DNA of 12,903 bases from a virus (Duplodnaviria > Heunggongvirae > Uroviricota > Caudoviricetes), in the IMG/VR virus record IMGVR_UViG_2531839662_000018, positions 1 through 12,903 of that record, one strand, 5' to 3'. Below the pieces are notes generated by a model. It had not been told where the DNA came from, did not search any database, and saw only the letters and a list, made by a program, of their open reading frames with translations. The translations under genes and the position numbers were made by a program. Below are positions 1 to 6,928 of the stretch, piece by piece. Every line of letters begins with the position of its first letter. Positions within the stretch are counted from its first letter, which is position 1.

Positions 1-1242
1 ATGGCACGAAAAACCACCCCACTAACCATTACGGAGATCAAAAACGCACGACCAGGGGAAAAGGAATACACCCTGCAGGATGGTGGAGGATTATTTCTTC
101 TGGTGAAACCCTCCGGATCAAAAATCTGGCGTTTTACGTACTATCGCCCGGCAGATAAAAAACGGACTATCATCAGCCTCGGATCGCTGAATGATGTTTC
201 CCTGTCCGATGCCAGAGAACGACGGAATGAATACAGGTCACTCATAGCGAAGGGAGTTGACCCACAGGACCACGAACGCCGGAAACGTGAAGCAGAGAGT
301 CGGAAAAAGGGCAACACGTTCGAAAAAGTTGCCTCGGACTGGTACGAGATGAAAAAAGGCCAGAATCTGGCTTACAACACGATTAAGGATATCTGGCGAT
401 CCCTGGAAAAATACGTATTCCCGTACATCGGAAACACGCCAATAGATACCCTCACAGCTCGCCGCTTTGTTGAGATACTCACACCCATTAAAGCACGCGG
501 CAACCTGGAAACCCTGAAACGCGTTTTACAACGCATCAATGAAGTGATGGATTTTGCTGCCAACAGTGGGCTGATTGACATCAACACCGCCGCGAACGTC
601 CGCAAGGCATTCCCCTCACCCACCAAAAAGCACATGCCAACCATCCGACCGGAACAGCTACCGCAGCTAATGCACGATTTATCGGTCGCCAGCATAGAAC
701 GGCAAACCAGATTGCTGATTGAGTGGCAACTGCTGACCGTAGCACGCCCAGCCGAAGCAGCCGCCGCACGCTGGGAAGAAATAGATCTCGATGCCGAAAC
801 CTGGACGATTCCAGCCGGACGCATGAAGATGCGCCGTGACCATGTGATCCCTCTTTGCGGTCAGGCGATGGCTGTACTGGAAACAATGAAGCCAATCAGC
901 GCACACAGGGAACATGTTTTTCCCAGCCTTAAAAATCCAATGCTGCCAATGAGCAGCCAGACCGCTAACGCTGCATTGCGCCGGATGGGATACGCTGGTG
1001 TGCTGGTGTCTCACGGATTACGCGCCATATTCAGTACAGCAGCGAACGAGGAAGGATTCGAGCCGGACGTAATCGAGGCCGCACTCGCACACGTGGACAC
1101 GAACGAGGTAAGGCGAGCATATAACCGAAGTAACTACCTGGAAAAGCGCGTGGTGCTTATGCGCTGGTGGGGGGAATTTGTAGAGGCCGCAGCTACCGGA
1201 GTGACCATAGCCAGTGGTAAAAGGGGTATCCGTGCCGTGTAA
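1..1242 (+). CDS. int: P4-type tyrosine integrase/recombinase (413 aa)
   Basis: Full ORF from ATG at position 1. N-terminal arm-binding region with the DGGGL motif typical of P4-family integrases (KEYTLQDGGGLFLLVKPSGSKIWRFTYY). C-terminal catalytic region has HGLR, a later AHV, and the nucleophile Tyr in RRAYNRSNYLEKRVVLMRWW. Identified by eye from conserved motifs. Confidence 0.95.
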   Translation: MARKTTPLTITEIKNARPGEKEYTLQDGGGLFLLVKPSGSKIWRFTYYRPADKKRTIISLGSLNDVSLSDARERRNEYRSLIAKGVDPQDHERRKREAESRKKGNTFEKVASDWYEMKKGQNLAYNTIKDIWRSLEKYVFPYIGNTPIDTLTARRFVEILTPIKARGNLETLKRVLQRINEVMDFAANSGLIDINTAANVRKAFPSPTKKHMPTIRPEQLPQLMHDLSVASIERQTRLLIEWQLLTVARPAEAAAARWEEIDLDAETWTIPAGRMKMRRDHVIPLCGQAMAVLETMKPISAHREHVFPSLKNPMLPMSSQTANAALRRMGYAGVLVSHGLRAIFSTAANEEGFEPDVIEAALAHVDTNEVRRAYNRSNYLEKRVVLMRWWGEFVEAAATGVTIASGKRGIRAV

Positions 1243-1340
1243 CTGTACAAAAAGCCAGTGCAACCAGTGAAAACCATGCCAAACCATCGTATAATTGCCA
1301 CAAATTTAACGACAAGGCCGGAGTATATGAAAATTCTATT

Positions 1341-1571
1341 ATGCAAAATACCACCGCCTACGGCGAAGGCCTGCAACTGGCCTTAATGGCAAATCGTGAA
1401 TTCTGGTCAACGTACGATCCGGAAGACAAATCAACAGCCCCCACAAAACACGAGGTAGTCAGTTTTTTGCGCTCGCGTGGCGCATCGAAAAATCTGGCTG
1501 AAAGCATCGACAAGGTGCTGAGACCCACCAGCCTTAAATGCGGTGGACGACCTAAGAAGTGGAAGCGGTAA
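1341..1571 (+). CDS. hypothetical small protein (76 aa)
   Basis: Open frame between int and alpA with a protein-like, charged composition. Its stop is followed immediately by an intrinsic terminator. The ribosome-binding site is weak: the nearby GGAG (1319-1322) is better placed for a 19-codon ORF at 1327. A TATAAT hexamer lies at 1290-1295. Confidence 0.4.
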   Translation: MQNTTAYGEGLQLALMANREFWSTYDPEDKSTAPTKHEVVSFLRSRGASKNLAESIDKVLRPTSLKCGGRPKKWKR

Positions 1572-1576
1572 TCACA

Positions 1577-1607
1577 ATAGCGGCCCTTTGCGGTCGCTAT
1601 TTTTTTG
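1577..1607 (+). terminator. rho-independent terminator after the int / small-ORF unit
   Basis: A roughly 9-bp stem (ATAGCGGCC / GGTCGCTAT, one G.T pair) with a CTTTGC loop, followed directly by a T7 run (1600-1606). Confidence 0.6.
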
Positions 1608-1636
1608 CAAAAAGAAAAGCGTAATCAATGAGATAA

Positions 1637-1676
1637 AAAACAGTGGGTACCGTTTTAAAACGGTGGGTACTGTTTT
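1637..1676. promoter_or_regulatory. two tandem 20-bp near-palindromic sites upstream of alpA (candidate operator)
   Basis: AAAACAGTGGGTACCGTTTT (1637-1656) is followed directly by AAAACGGTGGGTACTGTTTT (1657-1676), 18/20 identical. In each unit the 8-bp arms are inverted repeats of one another. They lie about 65 bp upstream of the alpA start. Confidence 0.4.
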
Positions 1677-1741
1677 TCCCGCCCTGCCCTGTTTTACCGT
1701 ATTTATCACCGGAATACGCCGGATTAACGAGGTAAAACATA

Positions 1742-1948
1742 GTGGAAACAATCAGAAAAATCCTTACCCGTCAGGAAGTAAAAAATATTCTGCGCATCAA
1801 GGCAGACAGTTCGCTACAGGACATGATCAACGCCGGAAAATTCCCGAAAGGCTTCAAAATCGGTCTGCGTCGTGTTGGCTGGTATGAAGATGAGGTGCTG
1901 GCCTGGCTGAAAGAACGCGAGGAAGAAGCGCGCGGAACGGCTGCGTAA
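1742..1948 (+). CDS. alpA: AlpA-family (excisionase-like HTH) transcriptional regulator
   Basis: 68-codon ORF with a GTG start and a GAGGT Shine-Dalgarno about 10 nt upstream. The sequence fits the AlpA pattern (FPKGFKIGLRRVGWYEDEVLAWL), and int followed by alpA is the canonical order in these islands. Confidence 0.85.
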   Translation: METIRKILTRQEVKNILRIKADSSLQDMINAGKFPKGFKIGLRRVGWYEDEVLAWLKEREEEARGTAA

Positions 1949-1967
1949 TGGTGTGAGGCGTAACGCG

Positions 1968-2954
1968 ATGAACATAACAAAAAGCGCCCCGTTGCCGGAG
2001 CGCCTTTGTGAACGAATAGCCTACTGCGCCATATTGCTTACTGTCTACGAGGCAGATTATAGCGTTGTGGTCGCACAGAGTGAAGGCGCTGATCACCGTT
2101 ACTACAGCACGCCAGAAATGCAGAATATTTTGCTGCAAAATGCCGTTGGTCACGCCGTCCGGAAAGCAAAAAATTTTGCTGGTGGCGCGACTGATGCGAT
2201 TTTGTCAGGTCGCCAGGTGCTGATCAATCTGATGTCTGATTTCGTTCTGGATAAAACAAAGGCGACCGCAGAGAGCCGCCAGTGGAAAAGCTACATACTT
2301 GAACGCATCACCAACAATGCCACATTTGCGGCTGGTGGGCAAAGCGTAACCGGAAAAAAATTCCGGTGGGGCTATTCCTGCTCTTTGGCCTTGCGACGCT
2401 GGCGGTATTCAACTTCTCGCTTTAATGCTGCTGTTACAAACTGCCCTGTACTTTCACCAGGCATTTTTACCGCCTCAACATTGTTCATAACTTCATGCGG
2501 AACCCTTGCCGCAACTGTTTGTGATTTTGCGTTTACTGCTTTTGTTGCCATGTTGTGTACCCCTTACAAAAAACAAATGCAGTATGCAGGAAAAAAAATA
2601 AGTGTTCAACACTTGACGTGTTTAACACCAGGGCTTAAATTGGTGTTCAACACCTTACTGATGCAAGGTGCAGAAACGACGAAACCCGGCAGTGCGCTAA
2701 CACTAACCGGGCTTCTAACCACCAACGATAGAAAGCGTATCGAGGTAGCTATGAGAAATTATACCAGACACCCGCAAGGGCGGGACTCGTACAACCTGAA
2801 TAAATACATCTGGCGTTTTATCGCCCTGAGCACGGCACAACCGCGCGTGATTCACATCGTGGCCACCAGCGAACAGGAAGCACGCCAGCAATCCCCGGCT
2901 GGCTGCGTGATGGTATTCGCTGCCCGTATTCGCCAGGAGGTACGCCATGATTAA
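1968..2954 (+). CDS. long stop-free frame (328 aa from ATG 1968); probably a composite, not one protein
   Basis: The 5-prime 400 nt has a GAGG ribosome-binding site 9 nt upstream and coding-like, purine-rich first codon positions. The middle (2372-2654) reads as Cys/Ser/Thr/Phe-rich junk, is antisense to a well-formed RHH ORF, and contains three perfect palindromes plus a promoter. The 3-prime 204 nt (ATG 2751, GAGGT site) ends in an ATGATTAA overlap with the next gene. A gene finder would likely call the whole ORF; I consider that call doubtful. Confidence 0.3.
   Translation: MNITKSAPLPERLCERIAYCAILLTVYEADYSVVVAQSEGADHRYYSTPEMQNILLQNAVGHAVRKAKNFAGGATDAILSGRQVLINLMSDFVLDKTKATAESRQWKSYILERITNNATFAAGGQSVTGKKFRWGYSCSLALRRWRYSTSRFNAAVTNCPVLSPGIFTASTLFITSCGTLAATVCDFAFTAFVAMLCTPYKKQMQYAGKKISVQHLTCLTPGLKLVFNTLLMQGAETTKPGSALTLTGLLTTNDRKRIEVAMRNYTRHPQGRDSYNLNKYIWRFIALSTAQPRVIHIVATSEQEARQQSPAGCVMVFAARIRQEVRHD
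2372..2551 (-). CDS. ribbon-helix-helix (Arc/CopG-like) transcriptional repressor candidate, 59 aa
   Basis: Minus-strand ORF MATKAVNAKSQTVAARVPHEVMNNVEAVKMPGESTGQFVTAALKREVEYRQRRKAKEQE, below the ORF-track length cutoff. It has a beta-strand/helix/helix RHH pattern, an AAGGGG Shine-Dalgarno 8 nt upstream, and G/A-rich first codon positions, while the opposite strand looks antisense. It is transcribed divergently from the adjacent palindromic operators. Confidence 0.55.
   Translation of the reverse strand: MATKAVNAKSQTVAARVPHEVMNNVEAVKMPGESTGQFVTAALKREVEYRQRRKAKEQE
2601..2654 (+). promoter_or_regulatory. rightward sigma70-like promoter overlapped by three palindromic operators
   Basis: Palindromes AGTGTTCAACACT (2601-2613), GTGTTTAACAC (2618-2628) and GGTGTTCAACACC (2642-2654). 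Candidate -35 TTGACG (2613-2618) and -10 TTAAAT (2635-2640) with a 16-bp spacer. One operator sits just upstream of the -35, one in the spacer and one just after the -10. Confidence 0.55.
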
Positions 2955-3312
2955 CCTGTCAATTTCTGACCTTAACAGCATTCAGTTTGATGAGAAATTC
3001 ACCGGGCAGCTACTGGTTAACGTGGAGAATGGACGCGTGGCAAGTAATTATCACCTGCCGGATGGTGCAATTGCCGGAAGCGTTGAAGCATTGCTGGAGC
3101 TGGCAGAACGTGCGCGACTGATTAAGCCGTTAACGAGCCATCACGATGATGATCTGCATTTTACCGGACGCATGGTGAGTCACTACGAAAACGGCGTTGA
3201 AGTATCCCGAGAACGGCTGCGAGATGATTGCTGTTTCGGAACACTGCCGGAATTTATCGAATTGCTGACCAGTTGCGGTTATCAGGTTATTCAGGGGGTG
3301 AATCATGGATAA
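2947..3312 (+). CDS. hypothetical protein (121 aa); paralog of the next gene
   Basis: Strong AGGAGG Shine-Dalgarno 6 nt upstream. The start overlaps the upstream frame stop (ATGATTAA). Its N-terminal half resembles the downstream 66-aa protein. Confidence 0.75.
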   Translation: MINLSISDLNSIQFDEKFTGQLLVNVENGRVASNYHLPDGAIAGSVEALLELAERARLIKPLTSHHDDDLHFTGRMVSHYENGVEVSRERLRDDCCFGTLPEFIELLTSCGYQVIQGVNHG

Positions 3313-3505
3313 TCAGCAAGCAACAATGACAATTACCCTGAGTGTGCCAGATGATTTCACCGGACGCATACTGGTTTACCTGGATAAAGGGAAAGTGAAA
3401 TCACAATGCCGACTGAAAAGTAATGAGATTGTTGGTTCTCCTGAATTTTTTTCTGAACTCTGTATTCGTGCGGAAATAAAACCGGAACTGCTGACAGGAA
3501 AATAA
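3305..3505 (+). CDS. hypothetical small protein (66 aa); paralog of the N-terminal half of the previous gene
   Basis: Overlaps the previous gene by 8 nt, with a GGGGGTG ribosome-binding site. The two proteins share an alignable block (DDFTGRILVYLDKGKV ... IVGSPEFFSELCIRAEIKP versus DEKFTGQLLVNVENGRV ... IAGSVEALLELAERARLIKP). Confidence 0.7.
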   Translation: MDNQQATMTITLSVPDDFTGRILVYLDKGKVKSQCRLKSNEIVGSPEFFSELCIRAEIKPELLTGK

Positions 3506-3509
3506 AACC

Positions 3510-3809
3510 ATGAAAAAGAAAAATTCTGGCTTTACTGCCAGTGGTCTCCCTCGGCCTGAAATCCGCCCCGGCGATATTTTCCGGGATAACTACGGCGGCA
3601 CGGTAACGATTAAAAGTATTGCCGGACGGTGCGTTACTTACCGCCGTGATGGGTACAGCTACGACTGCGTGATGCCTGTTTATCAGTTCCGGCGTGATTT
3701 TTCACTGATACAGGCCACACCACGCAAACAGCCCACCAGCAACGCAAAGGCACGGGCAAATATTCAGAAAATGAAAAACATGATTAACGCATTCAGGGGC
3801 ACAAAATGA
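3510..3809 (+). CDS. hypothetical protein (99 aa)
   Basis: Tightly packed in the operon; its stop overlaps the next start (ATGA). No family recognised. Confidence 0.7.
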   Translation: MKKKNSGFTASGLPRPEIRPGDIFRDNYGGTVTIKSIAGRCVTYRRDGYSYDCVMPVYQFRRDFSLIQATPRKQPTSNAKARANIQKMKNMINAFRGTK

Positions 3810-5221
3810 AACTGGCACCGAACTTAAAAAAACAGCCACACGACAAAATGACCGAAGTCATTATTTTTGCGGGTAGTGATGCCTGGGCGCACGCGAAACA
3901 GTGGCAGGAGCAGGACGGGCGACTTGCTGGCGACAACGTGCCGCCTGTATGGCTGGGAGACAGCCAGCTTGACGAACTGGCAGACCTGAAAATTATCGAC
4001 GATGGTCGCTATTGTGTCCGGCTGTACAAGGCAGGCCACATCAAGCCGTCAAATATTAACGCCATCGGGCAAAAGCTGGCGGCGGCAGGTGTACGGGATG
4101 CGAATTATTACCCCGAGGGAATGCACAGCCAGAAACGCGAGGAGTGGCGCGAATATCTGGAACGAGAGCGCCAGAAAAGACTGTCCGGAGAGATACCAGA
4201 GGAAGAAAAAAACGACCAGCGAAAAACCACACTGCCAATGAGTATTGGATCTGCAGGGTACGACACACAGCTTGATTATGTCGTTAAGGGCGTGATTCCG
4301 GCTAATTCATTGTGCAGCACATACGGCGCGAGCGGTTCCTATAAATCGTTCCTCGCGTGTTCCTGGGCGTGTCATGTTGCCACGGGTCGCCACTGGGGAG
4401 GCCGCAGGGTGGCGCATGGTTCGGTGATGTATGTCGTCGGTGAAGGTGGCATTGGTGTCCCTCGTCGTATCAAAGCATGGGAAATCGTTAATGATGAACG
4501 GGTGAAAAATCTGTACCTGGTAAACCGCCCGATTTTTCCGGCGGTCCCGCTTGATGTTGATGAAATGGTCATCGCTTCCCGTCAGGTTGAACGGGAAACG
4601 GGTAAACCGGTACGCATGATTATTCTGGATACGCTGGCGCGTTGCTTTGGCGGTAATGATGAAAATGACGCGCGGGATATGGGGGCGTTTATCCGTGGAT
4701 GTGACGAACTGAAACGACGCACAGGGGCTACGGTACTGGTGGTTCACCATTCCGGCAAGGATGAAACAAAAGGGGCGCGTGGTTCCAGTGCATTTCGTGC
4801 ATCTCTGGACGCTGAATACCGTATTCGCCGTGAAGGTGCGGACAGTGAAGCCCTGGTTATCTCCTGCACCAAAATGAAGGACGCGGAGGAACTGAAAGAG
4901 GCTGCATATGATTTACGCGTGGTGGAGCTTTTTACCGACACTGACGGGGAGTTAATCACGTCGCTGGTGGTTGTGGATAAGCCGCGCCCACCTGTTGAAC
5001 TGGAACGCATCGAGGAGGCCGGGAACAAGACGGAAAATCACGCTGCGCTATGGCAGTGCATCAGAACGCGAACAGCACACGGGGAGGCGTGCACTATCGC
5101 CCTTCTCCGCGATGATATGAAAAAGCTGGGGTATGAAATGAAAAACTTCCGGCGCTGGCTGTACAAGCTGGAAAGCGACGGCGTAATCGCTATTGACGGT
5201 GATTATGTGCGCCCACTGTAA
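3806..5221 (+). CDS. replication protein with RepA-like RecA-fold helicase/ATPase domain (471 aa)
   Basis: P-loop-like YGASGSYKSF, Walker-B-like MIILDTLARCF and the LVVHHSGKD motif typical of RepA/AAA_25-type replicative ATPases. The N-terminal domain of about 160 aa is of unknown type. The gene is followed immediately by an iteron array. Confidence 0.85.
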   Translation: MKLAPNLKKQPHDKMTEVIIFAGSDAWAHAKQWQEQDGRLAGDNVPPVWLGDSQLDELADLKIIDDGRYCVRLYKAGHIKPSNINAIGQKLAAAGVRDANYYPEGMHSQKREEWREYLERERQKRLSGEIPEEEKNDQRKTTLPMSIGSAGYDTQLDYVVKGVIPANSLCSTYGASGSYKSFLACSWACHVATGRHWGGRRVAHGSVMYVVGEGGIGVPRRIKAWEIVNDERVKNLYLVNRPIFPAVPLDVDEMVIASRQVERETGKPVRMIILDTLARCFGGNDENDARDMGAFIRGCDELKRRTGATVLVVHHSGKDETKGARGSSAFRASLDAEYRIRREGADSEALVISCTKMKDAEELKEAAYDLRVVELFTDTDGELITSLVVVDKPRPPVELERIEEAGNKTENHAALWQCIRTRTAHGEACTIALLRDDMKKLGYEMKNFRRWLYKLESDGVIAIDGDYVRPL

Positions 5222-5612
5222 AAAGTGAGGAGCAAAAGTGAGGATGGCGGGTAATTTAACAAAAAATCAACGCCACTCCTCACTTTCTCACCTGTATATA
5301 GGTCAAAAAGTGAGGAATGAAAAACATATTGTAAAACAAGACATTACAACAACAAGAAAAACAGGTGAGGAGCAGGACGGGAATAACAAAAAGTGAGGAA
5401 CAAAAGTGAGGAATGGTGAGTTAATAGAAATGAGGTAATAAAAATAACAGGTAGGTTAAAAAACACACCATGCAAGATATTAACTAAAACTTAACTATTT
5501 ACCTCACTTTTGCGTATATATAAGGATTAAAAAGTGAGTACTTAAAAATACATTTAAAATCATATTGTTATTAACTTCATAAATTTTCACTGTGCAGCAG
5601 GTGAGGAATTAA
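5221..5612. repeat. iteron array / candidate replication origin
   Basis: At least nine copies of the core AAAGTGAGGA, with CAGGTGAGGA variants, in both orientations (for example 5221-5232, 5235-5245, 5278-5287 reversed, 5305-5319, 5361-5372, 5387-5399, 5402-5415, 5501-5510 reversed, 5598-5610). They are embedded in AT-rich DNA with no ORF, directly downstream of the rep gene. Confidence 0.75.
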
Positions 5613-5687
5613 AAAATCAGGAATGTTAAAAATGAAAACAGAATGTTGTGTCAGTGCCGTTGGGCAACGTAGCAATCAGTAAAAACG

Positions 5688-6230
5688 ATGGGGCAAAGCA
5701 TGACTAAGCTGACCATTAACAGAAAACCTAAAGGCATTTACGGCACGCCGCAGAAAACGACGCAGGCGGCGCAGGAGCAGGATAAAACCACGTCGGCGCA
5801 TAAAGTGATGCCCGGTAACCAGAAAGCGCAGCAGAAGCCCACAGGGGCGACACCGTGGCGGCATATGACCAAACGCCAGCGCAAAAACCGCAGGCGCGTT
5901 AACCGCCTTATCGAACTGTGGCCAGAATTATTCAGCCGGGAAGCACCGAAGCCGCTTAAGGTGGGGATATTTGACGACCTGATGCAGGATCTCGCCGTCA
6001 GGGGGCTGGCATTCGGGCCAGGGGCATTACGTGCGACGCTGGCATCTTATGCGCAGTGTCCGCGCTATTACCGCGCCTTAATGGCTGGTGGGGTACGCTA
6101 CGACCTGAAAGGCCAGCCGTGCGGCGAGGTGACACCACAGGAACAACAGGACGCAGAAACGCGGCTGGTGGCGCTGAATGAGAAGCGCAAACGTCAGCGC
6201 CGGGCAGCAAAGGAGAAAACAGGCGCATGA
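5688..6230 (+). CDS. ProQ/FinO-domain RNA-binding protein
   Basis: The central region (PLKVGIFDDLMQDLAVRGLAFGPGALRATLASYAQCPRYYRALMAGGVRYDLKGQPCGEV) matches, from memory, the conserved ProQ N-terminal/FinO domain. Basic Lys/Arg-rich N- and C-terminal tails. An alternative start at ATG 5700 has a better GGGG ribosome-binding site. Confidence 0.85.
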   Translation: MGQSMTKLTINRKPKGIYGTPQKTTQAAQEQDKTTSAHKVMPGNQKAQQKPTGATPWRHMTKRQRKNRRRVNRLIELWPELFSREAPKPLKVGIFDDLMQDLAVRGLAFGPGALRATLASYAQCPRYYRALMAGGVRYDLKGQPCGEVTPQEQQDAETRLVALNEKRKRQRRAAKEKTGA

Positions 6231-6514
6231 TTCACGACAGCAAAGCGGAAGCACTGGAAGCGCGTGGTCTGTACCGGAGAGCGGCGGCGCGGTGGGCTGA
6301 GGTCATCATGCTGGCGAATGATGACAAGGCACGGGAACAGGCGGCAAAACGTCGCGCGGAATGTATCCGCAAGGCAGCACGCCCACCAGCACGGCAGGAT
6401 AATTTCGGGGAGATGCGCGAAACCATCAGCCGGGCACATGCCGGGATGGGATTACATCAGCCCAATGGTAAGGCATTCAGGAAATACCCTGGATCGAAAA
6501 ATTGCAGTCAGTGA
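6227..6514 (+). CDS. PerC-like small transcriptional regulator candidate (95 aa)
   Basis: The start overlaps the previous stop (ATGA). The N-terminus (KAEALEARGLYRRAAARWAEV) resembles the conserved opening of PerC-family regulators, recalled from memory without alignment. Basic, Arg-rich protein. Confidence 0.6.
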   Translation: MIHDSKAEALEARGLYRRAAARWAEVIMLANDDKAREQAAKRRAECIRKAARPPARQDNFGEMRETISRAHAGMGLHQPNGKAFRKYPGSKNCSQ

Positions 6515-6519
6515 CGGAG

Positions 6520-6544
6520 GCCGGGATTTTTCCCGGCTTTTTTG
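6520..6544 (+). terminator. rho-independent terminator 1 after the ProQ/FinO-PerC unit
   Basis: 7-bp stem GCCGGGA / TCCCGGC with a TTTT loop, followed by TTTTTTG. Confidence 0.75.
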
Positions 6545-6555
6545 TGCCAGTAAAA

Positions 6556-6590
6556 AGCCCGCAGCCAGAAGTGTTGCGGGCTTTGTTTTT
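6556..6590 (+). terminator. rho-independent terminator 2 (tandem)
   Basis: 8-bp stem AGCCCGCA / TGCGGGCT with an 11-nt loop, followed by TTGTTTTT. Confidence 0.7.
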
Positions 6591-6715
6591 CAGGTGATTG
6601 AAGTCAATGGGAAGAACGCGATCATCATGCGTTATTGTTTCATAAATTGCAATGATGTAGATCGTCATTTCAGTTTGTGCAATCATAATCGTTGTTTTGT
6701 TCAGGAGATATGACT

Positions 6716-6889
6716 ATGAGAAAAGCCAGCGTGAAACCCGTTTTACTCGCTCGTGAGCAGATTGAAGCATTACAGCGCATCCAGGACGAGGAACGCCGCA
6801 ATTCTCCGCTGGGGATTGCTCCGAGCATTCATGAGGTCGCCCGGCGTTTAATGCAGCGGGCGCTTTATCCCGTAGAACGTCCGGCCTGA
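6716..6889 (+). CDS. hypothetical small protein (57 aa), first gene of the downstream operon
   Basis: ATG at 6716 with an AGGAG Shine-Dalgarno (6703-6707, 8-nt spacing). The ORF-track start at 6692 lacks a ribosome-binding site. An AT-rich promoter-like region lies at 6600-6700. Confidence 0.55.
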   Translation: MRKASVKPVLLAREQIEALQRIQDEERRNSPLGIAPSIHEVARRLMQRALYPVERPA

Positions 6890-6928
6890 TGGTCGTGATT
6901 TTTTGGTGAAAAAAGAGAGGTGGTAACA

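Noticed and set aside
1053-1066. GGATTCGAGCC, which is the reverse complement of a tRNA T-loop-like GGCTCGAATCC
   Set aside because: It lies inside the integrase coding frame with no acceptor or anticodon stem context, so it is a chance match and not a tRNA or att core.
1327-1386. 19-codon ORF with a well-placed GGAG ribosome-binding site just upstream of the 76-aa ORF
   Set aside because: It is too short to support as a gene from sequence alone. It is noted only because it competes for the ribosome-binding site of the 76-aa ORF.
1854-2153. 99-aa and 69-aa minus-strand ORFs across the alpA end and the region downstream
   Set aside because: They are antisense to alpA and to the coding-like plus frame, with junk-like composition.
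4307-4750. 147-aa minus-strand ORF, plus other minus ORFs inside rep (3824-4039, 4056-4268, 4372-4572, 4744-5028)
   Set aside because: All lie antisense within the RepA-like helicase gene, which has clear ATPase motifs. Their composition is not protein-like.
5221-5612. Possible insertion sequence or terminal inverted repeats of a transposon
   Set aside because: There is no transposase ORF and no flanking target duplication. Short, multiply repeated units in both orientations within AT-rich DNA next to a rep gene fit iterons better.
6264-6713. 149-aa plus-strand ORF overlapping the PerC-like gene and both terminators
   Set aside because: It is in an alternative frame of a coupled gene and runs through two intrinsic terminators and the promoter region, with Cys/His/Arg-rich junk translation.
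6590-6715. P2 Ogr/Delta-type late-promoter element (TGT-N12-ACA) or a LexA box upstream of the downstream operon and of alpA
   Set aside because: I looked for TGT-N12-ACA and CTGT-N8-ACAG by eye in 6590-6715 and 1600-1741 and found no convincing match.
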